Below are positions 1-13,027 of a stretch of DNA of 64,000 nt, piece after piece. Source of the DNA: Camelus ferus (lineage: Eukaryota); the NCBI RefSeq assembly GCF_009834535.1, contig NC_045696.1, positions 35,156,001-35,220,000 of the forward strand, written 5' to 3'. The number at the start of each line of letters is the position of its first letter. Position 1 is the first letter of the stretch. The notes below the pieces were generated by a model, which had not been told where the DNA came from, made no database searches, and saw only the letters and a list, made by a program, of their open reading frames with translations. Position numbers and translations under genes: made by a program.

Positions 1-2129
1 TATCACATTACTTACTTTACTTATACATCTTAAAATCTGTGTAAAATAATTCTAATGAACCTAGAAATTTTCAATAATAGAATGACTGATGTACTTGTAT
101 TTATGAAGCAAACCATCACATTATGTGCTGTGATTGTTACCTTTTCCTTGACCCACTTAGATCATGCAGGTATAATTCCAATAGGAAGTTTTAAAGTTTT
201 ATACAATATTCAATATGAAAAAATGAAAGCTCATTATTAAAATATTGATGGTTATGATTTATGAAATCATTGGCAAAACTACAAAACCTCAACAATCACG
301 TACTTTTGGCAGTGTCTCAATTGTAAACATGGATAAAATCAATAGATTTAATAGAAAAAAACTAAGTGTGTGGATATACACATGCAGTTATCCTCTATAA
401 TTTATAGTCAAAAACTATCAAATATATTTTATTGTCTTTATGCTTATCATTATTAATTGAATTTCTAAGTGCTGCTATTCTGATAATCGAATTCAACACC
501 AATAAAGCAATACTTACTAAGCACTGCATAACTTGGAAAAAAGATACTGTAACACTAAAATTTTGTGTACCTTTAATTATTATCAATATTTATATTCAGC
601 TTTGATAAGTTGACCTTGAAACAAAAAGTAAAGCAGGGAGAGAAAAAGAAAGAGAAAGAAAGAGGATCTGCTTCCTTATTCATAAGAAAGCTCAAGTGAA
701 TACTTACATAACCCTTTAGTTATAATACAACCTGTTTCTCATTATTAAGAATGTCATCCATTACTCCCAATGGTTTGGACAGTGTGCTTAGATTGGTAAT
801 AGAAAGTATTTTCCCTTTTTCCTACCAGGGATCTTCAAATGATTAGCTAATAATAGTTGCACAATGATTTCCAGATGTTGCTTACAATACAAGGAGTGTC
901 CACTTATCTTCCACACAGGATGGTGTGGGAATTGAGGTTCTCCCATAGCTGTAAAATAGAGATCACAGTGGAAATATTTCCCACCCAGAATCTGAAATTC
1001 TAAATGAGAGAAAAGATTGCTCCAAATGCAAGCTTGTTGACTGATTGAGAAGATTTTGGAATTAGCTACTTCAAGCCTGAATTCTTGATATGCTCAAAGA
1101 GGGACTGGGTTGTTTAACAAACACCTTAGACGAACAACAGAGGAATACTTGAAACTATTCTGATTTTCTCTGTAAAGACTAGCCTTTTTTTGTAATTCAA
1201 AGGCAGCGAGTGTTATTATAAAGAATTACTTTAGGAAGAGGTAGAAAGCCCAGGTTCAAATTTTGGGAATGCAGTCTCTGCAATCCTGTCCAGCTGCACA
1301 ATATGGCCACTCATTTTATTCCCCCCTCCCCTGCCTTTTTTGTTTGTTTTTTAGAATTAATATGAGATCATTCCAAAGGGACTTTAAAAATTATATGGCT
1401 TAATTTAGTCAGGTTTAATTAGCAGTGATAGTCAAACCTAAACGTTCAAGCCATTCAGAATTCTTTACCGCTCTGAGTAATTGCTAAGTCAAATGTCATC
1501 TTCATTCTGTATCTTGAGCTTTGGCTTTTAAACACTGTTGATGTTGTTGTGGTTGTTTTATCAAAGACCTGCTGAGCAAAGAGACTCAAGCAGATAAGCA
1601 GACATTTTTCATTTCTTTCCTGAGGAAATTTAGAGGGGCAAATAAGAAAATGCTGCTTGAAATCAAATGCACTTGTCCTCTTTCAGAAATGTCTGAGCTC
1701 ACTGAGTTCTGTGCTGGACAACTCAGACTGGGACGGGCAACAGCAACGTGCTCCAGTGTTAGAAAAGGAATAAAAAAGATCAGGGTTAGTGTTCTGGTCA
1801 GAGAATCCCATTAAAGCAGAAAGACCTGAAAGGAGACAACAAGACTTTGAGAAGTTAGACCCTAAGTTCAGGGTATCTGAATCTCACCCAAGATTCTCAC
1901 AACCCAAGCAAAACCCTGCAAGTTCAGGCCAGGAAGCCATGAGTGCTCTAACATCAGGCATTTCATCAGCAACCCCTGTAACCTAAGGCCGAGATATCTC
2001 TCCATTGCTTGTCATTGGACAAAATTTGGGGACATAGGCTCAACACTGTAGTGGTTGCTCTGATTATGGATATTTTTAATAGTTTAACAGACTTTATTTT
2101 TCAGAGTGTGGGGTTACTCTTATGAGTAT

Positions 2130-2575
2130 TTTTTAAAGGTTTAGTAGACTTTACTTTTTAGAGCAGTTTTAGGTTCACAGTAAAATTGAGGCATAAGGTA
2201 CAGAGATTTCCCATATACCCCTTGCAGCCACACATGCCTAGACGCCTTCATTATGAGCATCCCCTGCCAGAGTGTACCTTTGTTGAAACTGATAGACCTA
2301 CACTGACACATCATTATCACTCAAGGTTCATCATTTTCTCCCAAAGTGTTCGTTCAGCATACATTCTACGGCTTTGGACATATGCATAATGACATATATC
2401 CACCCATGTAGCATCATACAGAGTAGTTCCCCTTTCCTAAAAATTCTCTGTGCTCCACCTATTCATCCTTCTCGCTCCCCTAGCACCTGGCAAACACTGA
2501 TCTTTTTACTGTATCCATAGTTTTGCTTTCCCCAAATGTAGTATAATTGGAATTACACAGCATGTAGCCTTTCAC
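2130..2575 (-). mobile_element. Old L1 (L1MB/L1MC-type) 3' UTR; left part of the outer element of a nest
   Basis: 'ttttaggttcacagtaaaattgag...cagagatttcccatataccc' and 'ggcaaacactgatctttttactgtatccatagttttg' resemble antisense 3' ends of old eutherian L1s. Confidence 0.7.
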
Positions 2576-3524
2576 AAAGTTATTACAGTATTATTGACTG
2601 TATTCCTTATGTTGTACATTATATCCTCATGGCCTATTTATCTTCTAACTGGAAGTCTGTACTTCCTGATCCCCCTCATCTATTTAGCACAACCTCCAAC
2701 CACCAGTTTGTTCTCTCTATGACTAGGTTTCCATTTCATTTTGTTTTGTTTTAGATTCCACATATAAGTCAAATCATATGATATCTGTCTTTCTCTGTCT
2801 GGCTTATTTCACTTAGCTAATACCCTCTAGATCCATCTATGTTACTGAAAATGGCAAGATTTCTTTCTTTATTATAGCCAAGAAGCATTCATACACATAC
2901 AAAAATACATATTATGTATATTATATATACACATATATATAATATATACACACATATCACATCTTAATTGATTCATCTATGAACTGATACACAGGATGCT
3001 TTCATATCTTGGCTATTGTGAATAATATTGCAATGAACATAGGTGTGCATATGTCTTTTCAAATTAGTATTTTTGTTTTCTTTGGGTAAATACCCAGAAA
3101 TGGAATAACTGGTTCATACGGTAGCTCTATTTTTAATTTTCTGAGGAACTTATATACTTATTGCAATTTTGTTAATTTTTTCTAGTTTTTTGTTGTTCTT
3201 CTTTCTTTTCCTTTTGCTCTCTTCCTTTATTATTTTATGACTTTCTTTATTGTTGTTTGCATTCCTCTTTATTTTTATGCATCTAGTATTGTTTATTGGT
3301 TTTTGTTTACCATGAAGTTCTGATATAATAAACTATGTATATAGCAGTCTATTTTAAGTTAATGATCACTTTAGTTTGAGTGCAATTTAAAAGCACTACA
3401 TTTTTATCCACCTCCCCAAATTTTGTCTTTGTTATTATAGTTTACATGTTTTTACTCTGTGTATCTCTTAACTAAGTATTTTATACATAGATTATTTTAC
3501 TGCTTTTGCTTTTTAACCTCCAAA

Positions 3525-5583
3525 CTATGTTTGTCTTTTTTTTAACATTTTTTATTGATTTATAATCATTTTACAATGTTGTGTCAAATTCCAGTGTTCA
3601 GCACAATTTTTCAGTTATTCATGGACATATACACACTCATTGTCACATTTTTTTCTCTGTGAGTTATCATAACATTTTGTGTATATTTCCCTGTGCTATA
3701 CAGTGTAGTCTATTCTACAATTTTGAAATCCCAGTCTATCCCTTCCCACCCTCCACCCCACTGGTAACCACAAGTCTGTATTCTCTGTCTGTGAGTCTAT
3801 TTCTGTCCTTTATTTACGCTTTGTTTTTGTTTGTTTTTGTTTTTGTTTTTTAGATTCCACATATGAGCGATCTCATATGGTATTTTTCTTTCTCTTTCTG
3901 GCTTACTTCACTTAGAATGACATTCTCCAGGAGCATCCATGTTGCTGCAAATGGCATTATGTTGTCGGTTTTTATGGCTGAGTAGTATTCCATTGTATAA
4001 ATATACCACCTCTTCTTTATCCAGTCACCTGTTGATGGACATTTAGGCTGTTTCCATGTTTTGGCTATTGTAAATAGTGCTGCTATGAGCATTGGGGTGC
4101 AGGTGTCATCCTGAAGTAGATTTCCTTCTGGATACAAGCCCAGGAGTGGGATTCCTGGGTCATAGGGTAAGTTTATTCCTAGTCTTTTGAGGAATCTCCA
4201 CACTGTTTTCCATAGTGGCTGCACCAAACTGCATTCCCACCAGCAGTGTAGGAGGGTTCCCCTTTCTCCACAGCCTCTCCAGCATTTGTCATTTGTGGAT
4301 TTTTGAATGACGGCCATTCTGACTGGTGTGAGGTGATACCTCATTGTAGTTTTGATTTGCATTTCTCTGATAATTAGTGATATTGAGCATTTTTTCATGT
4401 GCTTTTTGATCATTTGTATGTCTTCCTTGGAGAATTGTTTGTTTAGGTCTTCTGCCCATTTTTGGATTGGGTTGTTTATTTTTTTCTTATTGAGTCGTAT
4501 GAGCTGCTTATATATTCTGGAGATCAAGCCTTTGTCGGTTTCACTTGCAAAAATTTTCTCCCATTCCGTAGGTTTTCTTCTTGTTTTATTTCTGGTTTCC
4601 TTTGCTGTGCAGAAGCTTGTAAGTTTCATTAGGTCCCATTTGTTTATTCTTGCTTTTATTTCTTCTAGGAGAAAATTTTTTAAATGTATGTCAGATAATG
4701 TTTTGCCTATGTTTTCCTCTAGGAGGTTTATTGTATCTGGTCTTATGTTTAAGTCTTTAATCCATTTTGAGTTGATTTTTGTATATGGTGTAAGGGAGTG
4801 TTCTAGCTTCATTGTTTTACATGCTGCTGTCCAGTTTTCCCAACACCATTTGCTGAAGAGACTGTCTTTATTCCAATGTATATTCTTGCCTCCTTTGTCA
4901 AAGATGAGTTGACCAAAAGTTTGTGGGTTCATTTCTGGGCTCTCTATTCTGTTCCATTGGTCTATATGTCTGTTTTGGTACCAATACCATGCTGTCTTGA
5001 TGACTGTAGCTCTATAGTATTGTCTGAAGTCTGGGAGAGTTATTCCTCCAGCCTCTTTCTTTCTCTTCAGTAATGCTTTGGCAATTCTAGGTCTTTGATG
5101 GTTCCGTATGAATTTTATTATGATTTTTTCTAGTTCTGTGAAATATGTCCTGGGTAATTGGATAGGGATTGCATTAAATCTGTAGATTGCCTTGGGCAGT
5201 GTGACCATTTTAACAATATTGATTCTTCCAATCCAAGAGCATGGAATATCTTTCCATTTTTTAAAGTCTTCTTTAATTTCCTTCATCAATGGTTTATAGT
5301 TTTCTGTGTATAATTCTTTCACCTCCTTGGTTAGATTTATTCCCAGATATTTTATGACTTTGGGTGCTATTTTAAAGGGGATTGTTTCTTTACTTTCTTC
5401 TTCTGTTGATTTATCGTTAGTGTAAAGAAATACAACTGATTTTTGAACGTTAATTTTGTAACCTGCTACCTTGCTGAATTCTTCAATCAGCTCTAGTAGC
5501 TTTTGTGTGGACCTTTTAGGGTTTTCTATATATAGTAACATGTCATCAGCATATAATGACACTTTTACCTATGTTTGTCTTTT
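3525..5583 (-). mobile_element. Young 5'-truncated LINE-1 (~2.0 kb) with 15-bp target-site duplication
   Basis: Identical TSD CTATGTTTGTCTTTT at 3525-3539 and 5569-5583, right copy followed by AA (TTTT/AA endonuclease site); T-run tail at the left end; intact ORF2 frame. Confidence 0.97.
3850..5562 (-). CDS. LINE-1 ORF2p C-terminal ~570 aa (end of RT domain plus Cys-rich C-terminal domain); 5'-truncated, no true start codon, probably untranslated
   Basis: YADD catalytic motif ([10 protein letters not shown]), '[13 protein letters not shown]', 'KYLGINLT', '[12 protein letters not shown]', CCHC knuckle '[18 protein letters not shown]'; no stops. Confidence 0.9.
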   Translation of the reverse strand: MSLYADDMLLYIENPKRSTQKLLELIEEFSKVAGYKINVQKSVVFLYTNDKSTEEESKETIPFKIAPKVIKYLGINLTKEVKELYTENYKPLMKEIKEDFKKWKDIPCSWIGRINIVKMVTLPKAIYRFNAIPIQLPRTYFTELEKIIIKFIRNHQRPRIAKALLKRKKEAGGITLPDFRQYYRATVIKTAWYWYQNRHIDQWNRIESPEMNPQTFGQLIFDKGGKNIHWNKDSLFSKWCWENWTAACKTMKLEHSLTPYTKINSKWIKDLNIRPDTINLLEENIGKTLSDIHLKNFLLEEIKARINKWDLMKLTSFCTAKETRNKTRRKPTEWEKIFASETDKGLISRIYKQLIRLNKKKINNPIQKWAEDLNKQFSKEDIQMIKKHMKKCSISLIIREMQIKTTMRYHLTPVRMAVIQKSTNDKCWRGCGERGTLLHCWWECSLVQPLWKTVWRFLKRLGINLPYDPGIPLLGLYPEGNLLQDDTCTPMLIAALFTIAKTWKQPKCPSTGDWIKKRWYIYTMEYYSAIKTDNIMPFAATWMLLENVILSEVSQKEKEKYHMRSLICGI

Positions 5584-7529
5584 AACCTCCATACTAGCTA
5601 TATGTTTGCCTTTATCAGTGAGAATATTTCCTTTCATAATTTTCGTATTTCTAGTTACATCTGTTTTTTTTTTGTTTAAAGAAGTCCCTTTACCATTTCT
5701 GGTAAGGCTGGTTTGATGGTGATTTACTCCTTTAGATTTTGATTGTCTGGGAAACTCTCTCTCTCTTTCAATTCTGAATGATATCTTTGCGAAATAGAGT
5801 ATTCTTGGTTGTAAGTTTTTTTTTTTTTCTTTTTCCTCTTAGCACTTTGAATATATTGTGCCACTCCCTTCTGGCCTATAAAATTTCTGCTGAACAGTCA
5901 ACTAATAATCATATGCGGGCTCCCTTATACGTAAGTAGGAGTTTTACTCTTTTTCCTTTTGCCATTCTCTCTTTATCTGTAACTACTGACATTTTAATTA
6001 CTGTTTTGGTGTGGGTCTTTTGGGGTTCACCTTTTTTGTGCTTCCTGAACATAGATGTCTGTTTACTGTGCCCAGGGAGGGAAGTTTTCAGCCATTATTT
6101 CTTCAAATATGTCTTCAGTCCCTTTCTCTCTCTCTCTTCTCCTTGGATCCATATAATGCCGATGTTAGCATGCTTGATGTTGTCTCAGAGGCCCCTTAAA
6201 CTAGCCTCATTTTTTTTTTTATTTTTGCTGTTCCAACTGAGTGATTTTCATTACCCTGTGTTCCAGATCATTGAGCCACTCTTCTGCATTTTCTGATCTG
6301 CTGTATGTTCCCTCTAGTGTGTTTTTTGCTTCAGTTATTGTATTCTTCAGCTTTGACTGGTTCTTTTTTTAATATTTTCTATCTCTTTGTTGGAGTTCCA
6401 TGTTTCTCCATTCTTCTGCTGAATTTGGTTTGCATTTTTATGACCATTATTTGGAACTCTTTGTTAGATTATTTAACTCCGTTTTCTTTAGTTCTTTATC
6501 TGAGATTTTGTCTTGTTCTCTTGATTGGAACATATTCCATTGCCTTCTTCTTTTGACTAACTCTCTGTGTTTATTTATGTATTGTCTGATCAGCTATGTC
6601 TCCCAGTCATGAAGAAATAGTTTTATGTAAAAGGTGTCCTGGGGGCCCAGTAGTGCAGTGCTCTCTGGCTGTAAGAACCAGGTGTCTCTTCTGTCTGGGC
6701 TGCATGTGCCCTCCTATTCTGGCTAGGCCATGATTGCTGAGGATACACTAGTGAGGGGGCTGGCCCCAGGCATGGATGGCTGTAGGGCCTGGCTGTGATT
6801 ATTATCGGAGCTCTGGTGTGCCAGACCAGCCCCCAGAGTAGGGGGCTGATTTGGAGAAGCACCAGCTGGCTCAGGTCCACAGATAACCTGGGGACCAGTG
6901 CTAGTGAGATTGGTGGAGAGTCACAAATGCATCCACCAGCCTCAGGTCAGGTAAGTAGAAGGGGAGCAAAAAAAGTGGCACAAGTCAGTGCCTCCAAACC
7001 TGAATGACATTCCAGCAGATCCCTATTCTTTAGGCACATACCCTAAAATTAGTCAATGAATCTTCACATACAACCCAGGCTGCTGCCTCTGTGTTGGGAG
7101 GTTTTGTGCATGCCCTTTCAGAGCAGAGTGTGAGTTTCCTACAGACCTCTGGCTCTCCCAGAGTAAGCCCTGTTGGTTTTCAGTCAGCTTTTCAGGGGGC
7201 TCATCTCTTCTGTGCAGGTCCCTCAAGCTGGGGAGATCAATACGAGGTTTGTAACCCTTGCTCCTCAGGGAGGGCCTCCATGACTGATATTTCTCCCAAT
7301 TTTGCATTGCTGCAGTGGGGTTGTGTGTCAGTCACATTCCATCTCCACTCCTCCTACTTTGTCTCAGTGTGTCTTAATTTTTTGTCCTTAGTTGTGGAAA
7401 ATCTTTTCTGCTAGCCTTCAGGTTGTTCTCAGAGGTAGTTACTCTACGTGTAGTTGTAGGTTTGGTGGTCTGTGAGAGGAGGCAAGCCCAGGATATTCCT
7501 AGTCCACCATCTTGTTCCCCTCCTTCTTT

Positions 7530-8870
7530 CCTCACGCTGAGCATCTTTTCATGTGCTTATTTGCCATTTGTATATCTTCTTTGGAGAACTATCTATTCAC
7601 ATCCTTTGCCTGTTTGTAAAAATAAACTTTATTTTTAGAGCAGTTTTAGGCTTACAGCAATATTGAGCAGAAGTAGAGTTATCATTATTGTGGCCAACTT
7701 AGGAATGTTTTTTTCTTATTGTTGAGTTTTAAGAGTTCTTTTATATTTTGGATACGTCTTCTATCAGATATGTCTTTTCCAAATATTTTCCCCACCAGTC
7801 TGTGGATTGTCTTTCTATTCTCTTGATACCATCTTGTATAGAGCAGAATTTTTTAATTAGTGAAGTCCAGTTTATTAATTCTTTCTTTAGTAAATCATAT
7901 CTTCAGAGTTGTACCTAAAAATAGTCATCACCAATTCCAAGGTCTTCTAAATTTTCTCCTATGTTTTGCATTTTAAATTTAGGTCTATGATGCATTCTGA
8001 GTTAAGTGTTGTGAAGGGTGTAAGGTCTGTATCTAGGTCCTTTTTTTTTTTTTTCACATGTGGATGCTTATATGTCAACACTATTTCTTTGCTTCACTGT
8101 ATTGCCTTCGCTACTCTGTCATTTATATATATGTCTATTATATATATATATATGTCTATTTCTGGGTTCTTTCTTCTGTTCTGTTTATTGAATTGTTTAT
8201 TCTTTTGTCACTGTCTTGAACACTGTAGCTTTATAGTATATCATGAAGTCAGGTAGTGTCAGCCCTCCAACTCTGTTCTTCTCCTTCAGTATTATTTTGG
8301 GTATGCTGCATCTTTTGCTTCTCCATACAAATTTTGGAATGTTGTTACTATTCACAAAATAACTTGTTAAGATTTTGGTTGGGATTGCATTGAATCTATA
8401 GATCAATTTGGGAAGAACTGACATGTTGACAATATTGAGGTTTCTTAGCCATGAACATGGAATATCTATCCATGTATTATAGTTCTTTGATTTTATTAAT
8501 TGGAGATTTTAGAAAATATTTTCCTCATGCAGACCTTGTACATACTTTGTTACATTCATACCTAAGTATTTCATTTTTTGGTTGCTAGTATAAATGCTAT
8601 TGTGTTATAAATTTCAACTTCCCCTTACTTATTTTTGGTATTTAGGATTGTGATTGACTTTTTTAACCTGCAACCATGCTGTAATTGTTTATTAGTCCTA
8701 GAAATTTTTTGTTGGTTCTTTCAGATTTTGTATGCTATTTGTGAATAGAGTTTTATTTCTTCCTTCCCAATTTGTATACCTTTTATTTCTTTCTTATTTT
8801 ATTCCATTAGCAGGGACTTCCAGGATAATCTTGAAAAGAAATGATAAATAGGGACATGCCTTGTTCCTAT
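7530..8870 (-). mobile_element. Old L1 ORF2 3' portion, decayed; probable continuation of the 2130-2575 element
   Basis: ORF 8197-8424 '[18 protein letters not shown]...ILKEKNRVGGLTLPDFMIYYKATV' is ORF2p-like; 'tgagcatcttttcatgtgcttatttgccatttgtatatcttctttggag' is a typical antisense L1M stretch. Confidence 0.85.
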
Positions 8871-9489
8871 TGACTGATGATTATGTTTAAGATTAAATAA
8901 ATTTATTTCCAATACAACAAAATTCCTGTTCAAAATCAGATTTAGGTTGATTTGAGGAAAAAATAAATGCAATAATTTTGCTCATCTCAGTTTTCAGTTG
9001 CAATGCCTTACCTACTACAGAAGTATTATCATATAGATGCTTTAAATAAATATTCATGGTGTTACTTGTGAATATTAATTATCTGGCTATATGTTCACAA
9101 ACTTTAATGACATTAGATACACCAATGAATATTAAAACCGTGCTAAGAATGTGTTTGATTCTGGAGATAGAAATCTTGGAGTCATCCTTGTGGAGCTCAC
9201 AGTTAAATGAATAGGTTTTATCCCAAGAGTTAACTTCCAGGTGTTGATGGTAGTTTCTAAGTGTGCTGAGGTACATTCTGGGTCTGAATCTAGCAATTTT
9301 ACCAATACTTACATTTCTGTTGTTATTGATAGATGATTTCTGTCATAGATTGGAAAGGGCACAATAGTAGAACATGTTTCATTATAAGCTCTTTCTAGTC
9401 TAGTGGGTTTATGTTTCAGGTGGGAAGCTCAGTTATATTCATTCTCAATGTCTCATCAAAATTCAAGATATGGTATAAAGCTTAGTTAT

Positions 9490-9675
9490 GGGGTTGGGAA
9501 CTCAGGTCCAATATTTAATAATATGTAACTTTAAACTTGATTTATGCATATCTTAGATTTTTGTGTGTCAGTGGAGAATGACAATGGCACTAACCTGATA
9601 GGATGAAGATTAAAGGGGATAATTAAATTGCTAGCACAATGTTTAGTGCTTAGTTCAGTAAATTATTACTATTCT
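9490..9675 (+). mobile_element. MIR SINE, degenerate
   Basis: Core-like 'gagaatgacaatggcactaacctgataggatgaagattaaa' ending 'cagtaaattattactatt'. Confidence 0.5.
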
Positions 9676-11544
9676 ATGAATAACTTGAAAATATATTTCT
9701 TTGATTTCATTTTAAGCTCTTTCACTAAATCATAGATTTAAATAGCATTAGAAAGTACTTGTCAATATTCTAACAAATTTATTTTCAACGTGGAATATCC
9801 TTTCTTAAACCCAAACTGCAACATAGGCTAGCATTCATAACAATAATTACCATGAACACAGGACAATAAAGTAACAAGTTAACGACATGATTAGTTTCTT
9901 AATTTATACCAATAATATAAATATGTATTTCTCTTATTATAAATACAGCTCAATAGTAGTGCATATAGTATAAATGTTTTATTTCTAAAACAAATACTTT
10001 CTAGTCTTCGAGTTTACCTTTACTTTCCCTGTTTTAAAAAAGTTCACTCTTCAGCTCACATAATTTGCTGCTTTTGTTGACCTTGTCAATTTATTTTCAA
10101 ATACTTTTAAACTAGCTTTTGTGTGTGCCTATGTGTGTGTGTGTGTCTCTATAAATGTACTTGAATTGCTTATAGGTTAATCCCTGCTTTATAGCTTCAA
10201 TCTTGACATCTCATTTTTGAATTAGTTACTGTCATTTTGCTTGACCTTTTCAATCTTAGTGGTGTCCTTCCTATAAATACAGTAAGAATTAAATGCAGTA
10301 GTCAGAATGTGTTCTTATTGCAAAGTTAAATACTGATAGAATGACTATAGTCATTTTGCACTTTGAAATAAATACACTGAGGACATTTTTACTTTAACTT
10401 TGACTTACTTGTTTTCATTTTCTAGATGCTCAGAATTAACAAAGCCCCAGTTAAAGTAAAAATATTTAAAAAGTAATTAAAATATTATGAATGGAAATGA
10501 GAAACCCTTATAAAAATTTTACTATAAAAATTAAATGACCTTAAATATTGAGTATAAATAATTTTAAATATTAATCTATGAACTTATAATAAATTATATT
10601 ATGAATTTATAATCTAAAAAGGAATAAAAAACTCATTATGTTCCTTTTTAAAAACTGTTCCCTTGAGCTCACACCATGATGCTATATACTCTCTTGTCTC
10701 CTCATTAATCTCACATATCAACTTTCTGTTCATCTCACTTAAATAAATGAAGGCTTTGACTCCTTGTCCACACCTACTTGTGCAATCTTTCTAGGTAATT
10801 TCAGTAACTATCATGGAAATTCATCTGTCACTTTTGCCTTTCTGTTATTTGACTTCCTTATTCCAACGACGGCTTGCTTTATGCCTTCTAATTCACCCAC
10901 TTCTTCAACCACACCTTATCATTACCAGAAAATCCACTACAACTAAAATAATTAATTCAAATATTCCACCCTCTGCTGAAAGTTGTCTAATAATTTTTGC
11001 TACAGTATTTTAGTAAAATGATTCTTAAAACTTATTAAGATTCATCCATTGACATTTTCACATTCTTCTTCCAATCAATTTGTCACATCCTCTCAAAACT
11101 TCTCTCCTTATCCAGGTTAAATACCATAATTTATCAATTGTCCATACAGTACTTTATGTTTTTTTGACCCTTTTAGTTTTGTTGCTCAAATCTGGGAAAC
11201 ATCAGCCTGTTTGGAATATAACTGATTTCTAAAGACAGTTATATAACCATGTAGACTGATACCACTATGAATTCATGATCCATAATCTCAAAGCAATAAT
11301 TCTTCCAGCAGGTTGTTTCTCACTAAATTTACTTTCTCATTTGCTACAATAATGAATTTGTATGTTCCCATTCTCTATAACCCTCCTTACTTCAATCCCA
11401 GACGACTTTACCTATATTTCATTAACAAGACACATATTCAATCAGTCCAAAACTTACCTCCATCTACCTGGATCTTCTCTTTCTTCCATCCTTTGAAATA
11501 GAAGAAATGTCCTTTCTTCTTGCAAAACTTAATAGCTAATACAT

Positions 11545-12000
11545 CTTGTTGGTATCAGAATCTAATTAGAAGATGATTATCTATGAATTTCTCATGTTTC
11601 TGCACAATTCAAATGGAGACACTGACAGCATTTATTCTGAATTATCTTTTCAAGATTATTCATGTAGTTAACATCCTTGGAAGATAAAATAGCGTCTCTA
11701 TCTGGGGTACAGGGCAGATAGATGTGTTTGCCATCTTGTATTATAAAGATAATGTTTTCCATCAAAGCAGGATTGGGGAGATTTTCTTGCTGTCTATTGT
11801 AAAAGATTCCATTTCCCTGAGCTGAGCTTTCCTCAGCTTTGAAGAAAACCATTGCATCCAGTGTCAACCTGGGCCAATCTGCTTCATTCTCATAAGACTT
11901 GGGAGGCAAGAGAAGTTGGCACAAGCCTGCAGCACAGGATTTCTGTTCCACTAGTCTAAAGCCATAAAAATGAGGCAGGTTACCATGCTGGTTTGCAATC
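11545..12000 (+). mobile_element. ERV1-class solo LTR (MER89/MER90-like)
   Basis: 'tttattctgaattatcttttcaag...ccttggaagataaaatagcgtctct...tataaagataatgtttt...aaaagattccatttccctgagctgag' resembles remembered MER89/90 consensus. Confidence 0.6.
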
Positions 12001-13027
12001 AAGATAAAAAAAAAATGTCACCTCTTCAATATTTTAGAAAAGTCTTTGCTATACTTTTTGTGACTCTCTTGTAAAACTTTACCTTCTTCTCAATGAGATC
12101 ATCCCCATAAATATTCAACATGACCTAGAATTACCTTTAAAACAATTCAAACATGCCCAAAATCTTCCTTGAAGCAAATGTTCTTCTGTTTCCCTAACTG
12201 AAGTTCTTATCAAAGATAAACTTTTTCTGTATATACCTCTCAACTTCAATGCATTTTTTATCTACAACTCTCTAGCTTCTAATCACACTACTTTTCAAAA
12301 AACATTCTATGAAAATCACCAAGAACTTCCTTATTGTCTAAACACAATGCAAACCTTTCAGCCTTATTAGATTCTTAGATCTCTTTGTAGCAGCGAACAT
12401 AGTTTAAAAAAGTCCTTTAAAATATATTTCTTGGCTTTCATGACATGCTTTCCTGGTTTTCCTTGTGTCATTATTGGTGCTTATTTGGAAACTACATTAA
12501 CTAGGTTCTCATCTCAACAGGACCACAATGCATCACTTTTTTTTTTTTTTAGGATTTGGCCCTAAGGTCCTTTTTTCCCCTACAATTTCTATCCAGATTA
12601 CCTTTTTCCAGTCACATAGCTTTAATTAATATTTCTGTGTTGTGGGATCTCAATTTTTTCCTTAAATTCCAGATTATCATTTTATACAGCTTCTCACATG
12701 GCTTTCACATGCACCACAAAATTACATGACCCGCCCAACAATTGCATCATAACCACCCCACAATCACTTTTCATGTTTTACTTAGTGACATTGACTCAGT
12801 TGCTTATCTTAAATGTTTGGGAATTTCCTTTTTACTTCTATCTGCCTACCCTCATGCAATGTTTTACAAAGTATCATATATGTTACCTAAAAAATACATT
12901 GCAATCTGTCTACTAGTATCTATATTTCACCACCCTAGCTTATGCCACTATACCTCTGTCTACTATACTCAACAACAACCTCCTACTTCTTAATTGGCTT
13001 TCCCTCTTCTGGTCCAGTTTTCATCCC

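Larger units (their letters stand above)
2576..7525 (-). mobile_element. Half-L1-like / internally deleted L1: 5'UTR (~6600-7525), decayed ORF1 (~5676-6600), spacer, ORF2 C-terminal tail and 3'UTR (~2576-3150); interrupted by a younger L1 at 3525-5583
   Basis: Minus-strand translation gives ORF1p-like 'TYKGARI*LLVDCSAEIL*ARREWHNIFKVL' and 'NLQPRILYFAKISFRIE...KPALPEMVKGLL*'; 5' end reads GGAACAAGATGGTGG (YY1-like L1 start); ~3020-3150 encodes 'FLRKLKIELPYEPVIPFLGIYPK'; no EN/RT sequence in between. Confidence 0.75.

Noticed and set aside
1670..1990. Acceptor-like 'tcctctttcag' followed by GC-richer sequence and a 65-aa ORF
   Set aside because: The frame I translated stops early, no convincing donor and no recognisable protein; cannot be supported as an exon.
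4352..5073. Plus-strand ORFs of 186 and 65 aa (and similar ones at 27103-27321, 27833-28203)
   Set aside because: Antisense shadows of L1 ORF2; hydrophobic because L1 sense is A-rich.
5778..7414. ORFs of 172, 107, 85 aa and others
   Set aside because: They lie in the antisense ORF1 and 5'UTR of a decayed L1-type element; no host protein similarity recognised.
11592..12002. 136-aa minus ORF
   Set aside because: Coincides with an LTR-like repeat; non-ATG start, no domain.
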